Below, piece after piece: positions 1 through 13,099 of a stretch of DNA of 64,000 bases. Origin of the DNA: Azolla caroliniana (taxonomy: Eukaryota > Plantae > Polypodiophyta); contig JBHGNT010000016.1 in the NCBI GenBank assembly GCA_043228905.1, forward strand, positions 10,974,001 through 11,038,000, written 5' to 3'. The notes beneath the pieces are model-generated. The model was not told where the DNA came from, searched no databases, and was given only the letters and a program-made list of their open reading frames with translations. Every line of letters begins with the position of its first letter. Within the stretch, counting starts at the first letter, position 1. The translations under genes were made by a program, and so were the position numbers.

Positions 1-3000
1 TTTTCGCAAGGTGGATACTGCTAAGGTTGTCGCAATAGATCATCCTCGGATCAGACACCTCCACGTGCAGATCCCGTAACAGTTGTTTCAGCCAAATGAC
101 TTCGCACGTTGCAACAGTCGCCCCTCGATATTCGGCCTTTGTGCTCGACAGTGCTACTGTCAGTTGCTTCTTTTTGCTCCACGTGATCGTCGCACTTCCT
201 AATGAGAAGGTGTATCCGGATGTGGATCTACGATCATTGGTGTTTCCGGCCCAATCGGCATCCGTGTGCAACCCATCAGTTCGGCTACACCTCCCCGATA
301 CAACAATGCCATGTCTTTCATGCCGTTGACATATTGCAATATCCTTTGCGCGCATTGAAAGTGTTCGGCCGTAGGCTGCGACATAAACTGACTGATCAAT
401 CCGACCAAGTAGCTAATCGTCAAATATATCAGGCTTTCGACAATCTGTCGAAACTGTGTCGAGTTGCATGCCTTTCTCGAATCTCGGCAAAGCTTTGCGT
501 TTCTATCTAGAGGGGTCAAGATGGGCTTACAGTTTGCCATCCCGAACTTGAAGAGCATATTTAGTGCGTAATGACGACTGATCAATATGCCTTGGGGGCG
601 CGGATCACTTCGATCCCGAGGAAGTAATGAAGGTCTCCAAGAAAGATCCTTCATTTCAAATGATGACGCAAGCTGAGACTTTACACGGCAGATTTCGTCC
701 AGGGCGGCACTGGCGATGACTAAATCATCAACATACAGTAGAAGGCTAACCGGTCCATATTGACCTTGCCGAACAAATAGTGAAGAGTCTGATTTCGACG
801 TCATAAATCCCATCCTACGCAACTGTTGCGAAATCTTCGTGTTCCAAGCTCTCGGGGCTTGCTTAAGTCCATAGAGTGACTTCTTCAGTCGGCAAACTGC
901 CGAAGTGTTTCGTTCGGATAGAAATCCGGGGGGTTGTACCATGTACACGTTCTTTACATCCATCTGATGTAAGTACCACCCCTTTGCCACAGCTATGGCT
1001 AGCAGAACACACACGGTAGTCCACGTCATAGTCCACGCCGTGCTTCTGCGTATAGCCTTTCGCAACTAAACGGGCCTTGTATCGATTGACTGAGCTATCG
1101 GTATTGTATTTCACTTTATACACCCACCTACATCCAATCGACTTTACACCCTTTGGTGTGTCAACCAGGTCCCAAGTCTCATTATCAGTCAAAGCGTGCA
1201 TCTCTTCCTCCATCGCGACACGCCAGTTTGCGTCTTTCGCCGCTTCTACATAGCTCTCTGGCTCACGCACTTCTACCACTCGTGTCATGTACGCGTAATG
1301 GTGCGCCATGTACTCATTATACCCATATCTCTTTATGGGGTTCTTCAAGTGGGTAGATCGGCGTAATTCGTGATTACCCGATTTCACGACCTTTTCGGCT
1401 AATGTCAACCTCTTCCGTAGAGGTTCCTTTTTCAGTTTGCCCGTAGTCAGACTTGCTCTGATTTGACTTGGCATTATCAAAATTGTACTCCGACATCTTT
1501 TTCTTCCCTTTCTCCTTGCGCATAAACTGTCTCCTCAGTTCTTTACGCGAGGACATCACGGCTGAGTCTTCATTACTCGCCTTCTCTTCAATAGGTTGGC
1601 CATCTCGGCCCAACCCCTCATTCAACCCACTTAGCCGAAATGAGATCAGACTCTCTTAGAGCTCCGATGTCCTCATCATGCGGAGGCATCTCAACCTCGC
1701 TAACTTCTTCTTCAGAATTCGGAATGGGGTCATGAGGGGTAGTGGAGGGGAAGGCAAGTACCACAAAGCGGACTCGTAAAAACCGACATCTCGACTTACA
1801 CGCACTTCCTTTGTTCGGGGGTGATAACACTTATACCCTTTCTGCTCGTTTGGATAGCCGACTAAGACGCACTTTTTGATTTTGGCGTCTAGCTTCCTCC
1901 TCTTTTCGTTCGGCACATGCACATATGCAATGCTACTGAAAATCTTCAAGGGTGCCAAGTTCGGCTTCTTCCCGAAATACAATTGATGTGGCGACACTCC
2001 TCCATTAGCAAAAGTCTGATTCTGCAGGTAGACAACCGTCCTCACGGCTTCAACCCAATAGAATTTCGACATATGCTTCTCTGCAAGCATTGCCTTGGCC
2101 GCTTCTTCGATTGTCCGATTCTTCCGCTCGGCCTCACTGTTCTGTTGTGGCATGTATCTACACAAGAATTCGCGTCGAACTCCTTCCCGCCATCAGACCG
2201 TGAAGAAGAGTGAAGCCTTCTGTAGATAACTTGTGAACTGGTCAGAGAAGTACTCCTTCCCGCCATCAGACCGTAGGCATTTGATCTTACGCCTCGTTTC
2301 CGTTTCTGCAAGGTTCTTCACCTTCAGGAAACATGCGAAGACTTCACTCTTCTTCACGATTGTGCATACCCACGTGTGCCGAGTGAAGTCGTCGATGAAG
2401 ATTCCAAAGTAACGGCTTCCACCGAGACTCACGTTCTATGCCGGACCCCATACATCCAAATGGATCAAATCCAACGGATTTCGACTATGATTACGCTCGT
2501 TGGGGAATGGAAGTCGGTGTTGTTTTCCCATCTGGCACAGGCTTTGCAGACTTGGCCATTCTGGCCTCGAAATTTCGGCAAGTTGAAGACAATGTTCTTC
2601 GTTTGCATTTCACGGAACCGCGGGAAGTTAATATGGTCGAACCGCTTATGCCACAGGTCGATGTTCGACTCGACTTTCTACCCTTTCGCAAACATAGTGG
2701 TGCCGACATTGTTGGTTTTGAGGATAAACATCCTCCCTTCACGGCACCCTTGTGCGATTACTTTGCCCTCCTCTTCTATGAAGCACCCTAGATGCGTGAA
2801 TCAAACCTGCATCCCTTGGTCGATGTCGGACGATCTGTCTGACCGACACCAGGTTCTTCGTTATTGTCAGGACATGTAGCACATTCAAGAAATTCCCTTT
2901 CTCCCCGACATGGCTGAGGGGAACTTCACAGACATGTTCGATGGTATGCGAGGTGTCATCTCCCATTTCAACTACCCCTTGCTTTTCCGGGTTCTCCAAG

Positions 3001-4262
3001 TACGAGAACCATTCCTCATGACTCATCATATGATTTGATGCTCCGGAATCAACATACCACACCTTGCTCGATTTCGAGGTGTTCACGGCCATCAAATTGG
3101 CCTTGTGCTTCATTATGAAGGCGGCGTTCGATCCATTTCCGGCTTGTTCGGAACCCTCAACGTAGTGTGACTTTTGACACCTTACTGCATCTCTCCCGCT
3201 TGGTCCGGCTTTGTCCGAATCGGCTTGTTTCTTCTAGCACTCGCTCTCCCTGTGGCCTTTCTTTCCATAGTACCAGCATTCCGTTGCAGTCTTATCTTGC
3301 TGGCTTCCGGTGCCGCTATGACTCCCCCTGCTTCCGGAGGGTTCGGAATTGCTTCCAACATTTTGATTATGTCGTCCATTCTGCTCTTTTCGGCCGCCTC
3401 CATTATGCACCGATCCGCCTTGTCCACCACGACCATGGGGCCTATCTTCCTCCGTGTATAGCATCTTGCCATCGGCGTGCGTACTCATAGATGCACCCAT
3501 GTAGTTTTCCTCCACAACCAACATTGATTGAAGCTCGAAGATCGAAGGCATATTCTCCCTCGTACAGACCGCCGTTCAGAAGGCTCCGAACTTGGACACT
3601 AGCCCACCAAGGCACACTTGCACCATTTCATCCTCCTCGATGTTCATGTTGACGGAAGCAAGTGAGTCACAGATTTCCTTAATTCGGGCGGTATAATCGG
3701 CCATAGACAGATCTTTCTGCCGGACATTGCTGAGCTGCAGCTTCTTAGCCGTTGTGCTTGCGGCGAAAATCCTTTTGAGATTCGCCGACGCGTCATTTGG
3801 CGTCTTGGCATCCCGAATATAGCTCAATAGCGGGTCGCTCACACAGGATGCAAAGCAGTAGAGAACTCTGCTTGTCGCTTGTTCCCAAGCCGAAAAATCC
3901 CCGTGTGTCGATTCGGGTGCTGTATCATTAGCTCCTTCGACATAACTCCAATAGCCATGACCAAGCAGATACTTGTGCATCTTGTACGACCAAGATGCGT
4001 AGTTGCTACTGTTGAGCTTCTCAGTCAGTAGCGAGCTTCCCATTCCTTTGTCCATGTTGCTGTCTTATCTTTTCCGAAAGCCAAGCATACCAACTCAACT
4101 ATGTCTCTGTCGCAAGCTTTTCTATCGGCTACAGAGGACTTCAACCCTCACGCTCTGATACCATGTAAAACAATACGTGTGCGAAAGCGTATGCAAAACA
4201 CAGAGTACACAGTTCGGAGAATGACAGTTTGGTAAAAACACAGAAAACGCAGAGATGGAGAT

Positions 4263-4306
<44 letters not shown>

Positions 4307-4450
4307 CAGACAACTCAGTTCTATTTCAAAATAATGACACTTTGTACATACTTTGTGGTTAGTGAGCACCTTTTATACAAGCGCTGACTATTGGGCTGAC
4401 ACAAGTACTGACAGTACTTGACTGCTCATAAATGAGCATACTACACTAAC
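1..4450 (-). mobile_element. Ty1/Copia LTR retrotransposon A, decayed; 3' end lies outside the window; 5' LTR ~4164-4450 (outer end uncertain)
   Basis: Minus-strand ORF fragments in Copia order: gag (3576-4055, EKLNSSNYASW), protease (WYVDSGASNHM, 2739-3113), integrase (FIDDFTR, RSDGGKE, ERKNRT), RT ([16 protein letters not shown]), RNase H at the window edge. PBS at 4152-4163 followed by TG. Confidence 0.93.
4152..4163 (-). promoter_or_regulatory. Primer binding site (tRNA-iMet type) of Copia A; duplicate at 9683-9694
   Basis: gctctgatacca on + = TGGTATCAGAGC on -, directly adjacent to the LTR end (tgtaaaa at 4164). Confidence 0.9.
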
Positions 4451-5857
4451 TCCCAAAATTATTCCTTATGAGGAATACCATACTAACGGCCTTTCGGTTT
4501 ACGCACTGATACGACCATGTTATGCGTATTATTTTATGCAGCCAGTCTACGCACTGGGTTACGCACCATGTTACGCACCCAATGTTCAGCTTGTCACTCA
4601 ACAATGCACTCTCTAGAAGTTTCCATGCACTCTCTAGAAGTTTTATAGCTTTCATGCATACCTCCACATTCTTGTATAAATAGTCGGGTGCACCTTGATT
4701 ACAATCAATGTGAACAACACCAGTTACGAAAGCATAATTCAATTCTTGTTCTTTTGTCTATTGTCTATTTCTCTTGCTTGTTCTCTTGTCTATTGTCTCT
4801 CTTCCGCTATCTCTTAATATTGAGCCTCGTTTACTTGGTCGTGACAGTTCGTTCACCTTCCCAATTTCTAAGCCTTAGCATATCGGATCTTACCGAGAGA
4901 ATAAATCAGCTCATGGAAGCCATGCATCAACTTCAACTTGAGAATGACAACCTTCGGGAATCGTTACGGAAGCCTCAAGTTGGAACATCGATGGAACTTG
5001 AAGAAAAAAACAACTCTCCTCCTGCATCAACAAATGTTCTACCTATAGAGCCTGGTTCCTCGTCTGGTCTTTCTCCAACTTGTCTCCATCCCACTACAAG
5101 TATGGAGCCCAATATTAGTTTACCTAACAAGTTTGATGGCACGAGGAAGCACTTGTGAGGGTTCATAAATCAGATTAAACTTATTATCCAACTACAGCCT
5201 CAATGGTATATGGATGATTTTCATCAAGTTGGTCTCATCGAGACTCTTTTGTCAGGAGCTGCACAAGCCTGGTTTACACCGTTGATCGAAACTTCATCAC
5301 CATTTCTACAAAATTTTCCTGCCTTTTTGGCAGAGTTCAAGGCAACATTTGGGGATACGAACCGACGCCGAACTGCCATTACCAAACTCTATTCATTACA
5401 TCAAGGTATGTGTATGGTTTGTTTATGCCTCTGAATTTAGACAATTAGCATGTGATGTCCAGTGGGATGGCCAAGCGCCTTGCGACCATTTTCGTCGGGG
5501 CCTTCGAAGCGAGATTAAAAATTTACTACTCAACTTTCTGGAGCCTACGTCATTGTCACAAGCCATCACGCAAGCAGTTAGTTGTGACAATCAGTTGTTT
5601 GAGCTTTGTCAAGAGGAACGAGAAACTTCAAGGTGGCAACCCTCTTCGAGATCTCCTCCATGGTCATGACCTTGTGCCGATGGAAATTGATCGAGCTCGC
5701 GCCCCGCCACTCACTGAGGCTAAACATAGGTATCGCCGAACCAAAAGACTATGTTTATATTGTGGTGCATCCACTCATCTAATTCCTTTCTGCCCAATCA
5801 AGAATAATCAACGACAAATATCTATAAACAATATGACAAGACCCCCCTAACAACCGG
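4451..5857 (+). mobile_element. Tcn1/Tf1-like Ty3/Gypsy element A: truncated 5' LTR (to 4846) plus gag pseudogene; first duplicated copy
   Basis: LTR end gtgaCA at 4846, TATA at 4675. Gag motifs EPNISLPNKFDG, LLSGAAQAWF, PMEID and zinc knuckle LCLYCGASTHLIPFC, with stops and frameshifts. Left boundary approximate. Confidence 0.85.
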
Positions 5858-6857
5858 TGTCGTGAAAATCTGTCACTATGTGTGGAACTGCCGAATCAGA
5901 TGGATTCGAAGTTTGTACTAGTTTTAGCGAGAAAGTATTTAAGATAGATTGATATGGACAGAGAGAGATTAAGCTCGAGATCGAACCCTTCACTTTAGAT
6001 TTGTGAGACAAGATACATCACCAATTGGATAACGAATTTTCTCTTTATTAATTTCTTGATTAGTACATAGTTTGCTTGATATCCTTTTCTTTTTCCTCCC
6101 CTCTTTTATAGATTCCCCCATGCATATGATGCGTGTGAGGGTACAAGACATGCATACAATGCATGTTTGCCATTCGGTGCTCATGCATTAGATGTGACGC
6201 ATGATAACCATGTCACTCTTTCAAGCTCTCATGTATGAGAATTTACATATGAAGAATATAATGATGAAAATATAAGGGAATGGCTTGGCTTAATGGTAAG
6301 TTAATTGGCTCTTATCTACGAGGTGAAAGGCATATTAAGAATATAATGTTATAAAAATATAAGGAAATGACTAGGCTTAATTGTAAGTTAATTGGTTCCT
6401 ATTGAGGAGGTGCAAGGTTCAAATTCTTACTTGCACCCTTTCTTATACAATTATTTTATTTTATTTTTATTTTACTAGGCTTTAGTCACGTCGCAACCGA
6501 GATGTGTGTCCATTGCAACTAAACCGTGACAGAGCCGTGCAAACCGAACCGCAACTGGACCGTGCGAACCCAGATCGAGTCGTGCGCCATGCGCGTCCCG
6601 ATCGAGCCGTGCGCAAATGCGCATCCCGACCATGCCATGTGCATCCCGACTTAGCCAAAACCATTCCAAGCAATACATCCACATTTATCTATTCGAATAG
6701 TGTGGTTTGAATCATCCCAACCAGTGTTGCCTTTTGATGGCTAACATTGCCTGTCATGAGAACGGTATTCCAAAAAATTTGCGTGTCGAATGACGATTTG
6801 TCAAAAAAATTGCCCTTCAAAAAGTAAATACATTGAATATTTGTACTAAACAATATA

Positions 6858-7499
6858 TTATACCCTTCTATCCTTTGCATCTTTCGAAATTTCATATACA
6901 TGATCCCATTGTATTTCTTCAATGTGTGGCCCATTCGGTGGGATTCGCATTAAATCATCTAAATGTTAGCACGGTTTTGTGTGAGAGAGGGTTCTTTCTC
7001 TAAGCAAAATCTCATCAAAGAGATGAAAAGAAATCGATTGAATATAGAATGGAATAACCAAAGTAGCATGCCATAATTTCCTCAAATGAGGGAAACTATC
7101 TTGCAAATCCTTCATTTTGCAAAACATACGCCTAGCTTCATGCATAGTATAGCCTTCACAATTTCAACTTAAAGTGTCAACAAACCTATAGAGTTCCATT
7201 GCACAAGCTTTTATATCATGTAAAATTTGAAGACATGCATTGACATCGACATTTGGTTGTAAGTGAGAAATCAAAATTCCCAACAATGTCTTTGCTTTAC
7301 TATCCCTAATCACATCATCATTTGCATAATGGCATGGGTTGAATAATTTTGCTGCATTGAAGAGGCTTAAGTTAGGGAACATTGCATTTAGTCCATCAAT
7401 AATCTTTTGCACATAATTTTTAGATAGTTTAACACAACTTTTAAGTGATCCATCTATAAATTTTCTCATTCCCTTAGATTTTGCAATATTGGGATTCAT
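6858..7499 (-). pseudogene. hAT-superfamily transposase C-terminal remnant with an internal micro-inversion
   Basis: Manual translation: FPHLRKLWHATLVIP [VSTVLCERGFSKQNLIK..RNRLNIE on the opposite strand] LDDLMRIPPNGP..KDRRV*. This is the hAT dimerisation-domain pattern. Confidence 0.8.
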
Positions 7500-7525
7500 A
7501 TAATTGTGACTTGATTTATCAATAT

Positions 7526-7568
<43 letters not shown>

Positions 7569-9793
7569 AAGAGAGGAATGGGCTGAAAATAAAAGAAGCC
7601 CTAAGTTTATTTTCAAACTATGCATATGTCCGGGCACTTCTTCCCCTTTATCATGTCACATAACATATGTTTACACATTTATCTTATTCAAATAAAAATA
7701 TATGCTATAGCCTATAAATTGTAATTTGTAACCACTAAGACATGTACTATTGTTTTGGCCTTAGCAAAATTTGATTGTATTAACAAATTTTAAACCTTCA
7801 TTTTTACGTTTTTATAAAATATATGCCCGTCAAGATTGACGGTTTCATTTTCAAATTAACCTTCATATATGGTAATTTGCCAAAAATGGTCAAAATGGTC
7901 GTCGAAAGGCCGAGTGAAGTCGTCGATGAAGATTCCAAAGTAACGGCTTCCACCGAGACTCACGTTCTATGCCGGACCCCATACATCCAAATGGATCAAA
8001 TCCAACGGATTTCGACTATGATTACGCTCGTTGGGGAATGGAAGTCGGTGTTGTTTTCCCATCTGGCACAGGCTTTGCAGACTTGGCCATTCTGGCCTCG
8101 AAATTTCGGCAAGTTGAAGACAATGTTCTTCGTTTGCATTTCACGGAACCGCGGGAAGTTAATATGGTCGAACCGCTTATGCCACAGGTCGATGTTCGAC
8201 TCGACTTTCTACCCTTTCGCAAACATAGTGGTGCCGACATTGTTGGTTTTGAGGATAAACATCCTCCCTTCACGGCACCCTTGTGCGATTACTTTGCCCT
8301 CCTCTTCTATGAAGCACCCTAGATGCGTGAATCAAACCTGCATCCCTTGGTCGATGTCGGACGATCTGTCTGACCGACACCAGGTTCTTCGTTATTGTCA
8401 GGACATGTAGCACATTCAAGAAATTCCCTTTCTCCCCGACATGGCTGAGGGGAACTTCACAGACATGTTCGATGGTATGCGAGGTGTCATCTCCCATTTC
8501 AACTACCCCTTGCTTTTCCGGGTTCTCCAAGTACGAGAACCATTCCTCATGACTCATCATATGATTTGATGCTCCGGAATCAACATACCACACCTTGCTC
8601 GATTTCGAGGTGTTCACGGCCATCAAATTGGCCTTGTGCTTCATTATGAAGGCGGCGTTCGATCCATTTCCGGCTTGTTCGGAACCCTCAACGTAGTGTG
8701 ACTTTTGACACCTTACTGCATCTCTCCCGCTTGGTCCGGCTTTGTCCGAATCGGCTTGTTTCTTCTAGCACTCGCTCTCCCTGTGGCCTTTCTTTCCATA
8801 GTACCAGCATTCCGTTGCAGTCTTATCTTGCTGGCTTCCGGTGCCGCTATGACTCCCCCTGCTTCCGGAGGGTTCGGAATTGCTTCCAACATTTTGATTA
8901 TGTCGTCCATTCTGCTCTTTTCGGCCGCCTCCATTATGCACCGATCCGCCTTGTCCACCACGACCATGGGGCCTATCTTCCTCCGTGTATAGCATCTTGC
9001 CATCGGCGTGCGTACTCATAGATGCACCCATGTAGTTTTCCTCCACAACCAACATTGATTGAAGCTCGAAGATCGAAGGCATATTCTCCCTCGTACAGAC
9101 CGCCGTTCAGAAGGCTCCGAACTTGGACACTAGCCCACCAAGGCACACTTGCACCATTTCATCCTCCTCGATGTTCATGTTGACGGAAGCAAGTGAGTCA
9201 CAGATTTCCTTAATTCGGGCGGTATAATCGGCCATAGACAGATCTTTCTGCCGGACATTGCTGAGCTGCAGCTTCTTAGCCGTTGTGCTTGCGGCGAAAA
9301 TCCTTTTGAGATTCGCCGACGCGTCATTTGGCGTCTTGGCATCCCGAATATAGCTCAATAGCGGGTCGCTCACACAGGATGCAAAGCAGTAGAGAACTCT
9401 GCTTGTCGCTTGTTCCCAAGCCGAAAAATCCCCGTGTGTCGATTCGGGTGCTGTATCATTAGCTCCTTCGACATAACTCCAATAGCCATGACCAAGCAGA
9501 TACTTGTGCATCTTGTACGACCAAGATGCGTAGTTGCTACTGTTGAGCTTCTCAGTCAGTAGCGAGCTTCCCATTCCTTTGTCCATGTTGCTGTCTTATC
9601 TTTTCCGAAAGCCAAGCATACCAACTCAACTATGTCTCTGTCGCAAGCTTTTCTATCGGCTACAGAGGACTTCAACCCTCACGCTCTGATACCATGTAAA
9701 ACAATACGTGTGCGAAAGCGTATGCAAAACACAGAGTACACAGTTCGGAGAATGACAGTTTGGTAAAAACACAGAAAACGCAGAGATGGAGAT

Positions 9794-9837
<44 letters not shown>

Positions 9838-11388
9838 CAGACAACTCAGTTCTATTTCAAAATAATGACACTTTGTACATACTTTGTGGTTAGTGAGCAC
9901 CTTTTATACAAGCGCTGACTATTGGGCTGACACAAGTACTGACAGTACTTGACTGCTCATAAATGAGCATACTACACTAACTCCCAAAATTATTCCTTAT
10001 GAGGAATACCATACTAACGGCCTTTCGGTTTACGCACTGATACGACCATGTTATGCGTATTATTTTATGCAGCCAGTCTACGCACTGGGTTACGCACCAT
10101 GTTACGCACCCAATGTTCAGCTTGTCACTCAACAATGCACTCTCTAGAAGTTTCCATGCACTCTCTAGAAGTTTTATAGCTTTCATGCATACCTCCACAT
10201 TCTTGTATAAATAGTCGGGTGCACCTTGATTACAATCAATGTGAACAACACCAGTTACGAAAGCATAATTCAATTCTTGTTCTTTTGTCTATTGTCTATT
10301 TCTCTTGCTTGTTCTCTTGTCTATTGTCTCTCTTCCGCTATCTCTTAATATTGAGCCTCGTTTACTTGGTCGTGACAGTTCGTTCACCTTCCCAATTTCT
10401 AAGCCTTAGCATATCGGATCTTACCGAGAGAATAAATCAGCTCATGGAAGCCATGCATCAACTTCAACTTGAGAATGACAACCTTCGGGAATCGTTACGG
10501 AAGCCTCAAGTTGGAACATCGATGGAACTTGAAGAAAAAAACAACTCTCCTCCTGCATCAACAAATGTTCTACCTATAGAGCCTGGTTCCTCGTCTGGTC
10601 TTTCTCCAACTTGTCTCCATCCCACTACAAGTATGGAGCCCAATATTAGTTTACCTAACAAGTTTGATGGCACGAGGAAGCACTTGTGAGGGTTCATAAA
10701 TCAGATTAAACTTATTATCCAACTACAGCCTCAATGGTATATGGATGATTTTCATCAAGTTGGTCTCATCGAGACTCTTTTGTCAGGAGCTGCACAAGCC
10801 TGGTTTACACCGTTGATCGAAACTTCATCACCATTTCTACAAAATTTTCCTGCCTTTTTGGCAGAGTTCAAGGCAACATTTGGGGATACGAACCGACGCC
10901 GAACTGCCATTACCAAACTCTATTCATTACATCAAGGTATGTGTATGGTTTGTTTATGCCTCTGAATTTAGACAATTAGCATGTGATGTCCAGTGGGATG
11001 GCCAAGCGCCTTGCGACCATTTTCGTCGGGGCCTTCGAAGCGAGATTAAAAATTTACTACTCAACTTTCTGGAGCCTACGTCATTGTCACAAGCCATCAC
11101 GCAAGCAGTTAGTTGTGACAATCAGTTGTTTGAGCTTTGTCAAGAGGAACGAGAAACTTCAAGGTGGCAACCCTCTTCGAGATCTCCTCCATGGTCATGA
11201 CCTTGTGCCGATGGAAATTGATCGAGCTCGCGCCCCGCCACTCACTGAGGCTAAACATAGGTATCGCCGAACCAAAAGACTATGTTTATATTGTGGTGCA
11301 TCCACTCATCTAATTCCTTTCTGCCCAATCAAGAATAATCAACGACAAATATCTATAAACAATATGACAAGACCCCCCTAACAACCGG

Positions 11389-13056
11389 TGTCGTGAAAAT
11401 CTGTCACTATGTGTGGAACTGCCGAATCAGATGGATTCGAAGTTTGTACTAGTTTTAGCGAGAAAGTATTTAAGATAGATTGATATGGACAGAGAGAGAT
11501 TAAGCTCGAGATCGAACCCTTCACTTTAGATTTGTGAGACAAGATACATCACCAATTGGATAACGAATTTTCTCTTTATTAATTTCTTGATTAGTACATA
11601 GTTTGCTTGATATCCTTTTCTTTTTCCTCCCCTCTTTTATAGATTCCCCCATGCATATGATGCGTGTGAGGGTACAAGACATGCATACAATGCATGTTTG
11701 CCATTCGGTGCTCATGCATTAGATGTGACGCATGATAACCATGTCACTCTTTCAAGCTCTCATGTATGAGAATTTACATATGAAGAATATAATGATGAAA
11801 ATATAAGGGAATGGCTTGGCTTAATGGTAAGTTAATTGGCTCTTATCTACGAGGTGAAAGGCATATTAAGAATATAATGTTATAAAAATATAAGGAAATG
11901 ACTAGGCTTAATTGTAAGTTAATTGGTTCCTATTGAGGAGGTGCAAGGTTCAAATTCTTACTTGCACCCTTTCTTATACAATTATTTTATTTTATTTTTA
12001 TTTTACTAGGCTTTAGTCACGTCGCAACCGAGATGTGTGTCCATTGCAACTAAACCGTGACAGAGCCGTGCAAACCGAACCGCAACTGGACCGTGCGAAC
12101 CCAGATCGAGTCGTGCGCCATGCGCGTCCCGATCGAGCCGTGCGCAAATGCGCATCCCGACCATGCCATGTGCATCCCGACTTAGCCAAAACCATTCCAA
12201 GCAATACATCCACATTTATCTATTCGAATAGTGTGGTTTGAATCATCCCAACCAGTGTTGCCTTTTGATGGCTAACATTGCCTGTCATGAGAACGGTATT
12301 CCAAAAAATTTGCGTGTCGAATGACGATTTGTCAAAAAAATTGCCCTTCAAAAAGTAAATACATTGAATATTTGTACTAAACAATATATTATACCCTTCT
12401 ATCCTTTGCATCTTTCGAAATTTCATATACATGATCCCATTGTATTTCTTCAATGTGTGGCCCATTCGGTGGGATTCGCATTAAATCATCTAAATGTTAG
12501 CACGGTTTTGTGTGAGAGAGGGTTCTTTCTCTAAGCAAAATCTCATCAAAGAGATGAAAAGAAATCGATTGAATATAGAATGGAATAACCAAAGTAGCAT
12601 GCCATAATTTCCTCAAATGAGGGAAACTATCTTGCAAATCCTTCATTTTGCAAAACATACGCCTAGCTTCATGCATAGTATAGCCTTCACAATTTCAACT
12701 TAAAGTGTCAACAAACCTATAGAGTTCCATTGCACAAGCTTTTATATCATGTAAAATTTGAAGACATGCATTGACATCGACATTTGGTTGTAAGTGAGAA
12801 ATCAAAATTCCCAACAATGTCTTTGCTTTACTATCCCTAATCACATCATCATTTGCATAATGGCATGGGTTGAATAATTTTGCTGCATTGAAGAGGCTTA
12901 AGTTAGGGAACATTGCATTTAGTCCATCAATAATCTTTTGCACATAATTTTTAGATAGTTTAACACAACTTTTAAGTGATCCATCTATAAATTTTCTCAT
13001 TCCCTTAGATTTTGCAATATTGGGATTCATATAATTGTGACTTGATTTATCAATAT

Positions 13057-13099
<43 letters not shown>

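Noticed and set aside
4880-5857. Domesticated PEG10/RTL-like host gene
   Set aside because: Stops, frameshifts, a lost ATG and an adjacent LTR show a decayed retrotransposon gag.
6281-6440. tRNA gene
   Set aside because: A/B-box-like motifs but no acceptor or anticodon stems.
6477-7714. hAT TIR pair taggctttag / ctatagccta
   Set aside because: Only a 9/10 match in AT-rich DNA and no 8-bp TSD, so the element ends cannot be supported.
7823-8410. 195-aa ORF unique to the second repeat unit
   Set aside because: Antisense Copia frame extended across the duplication junction; no recognisable domain.
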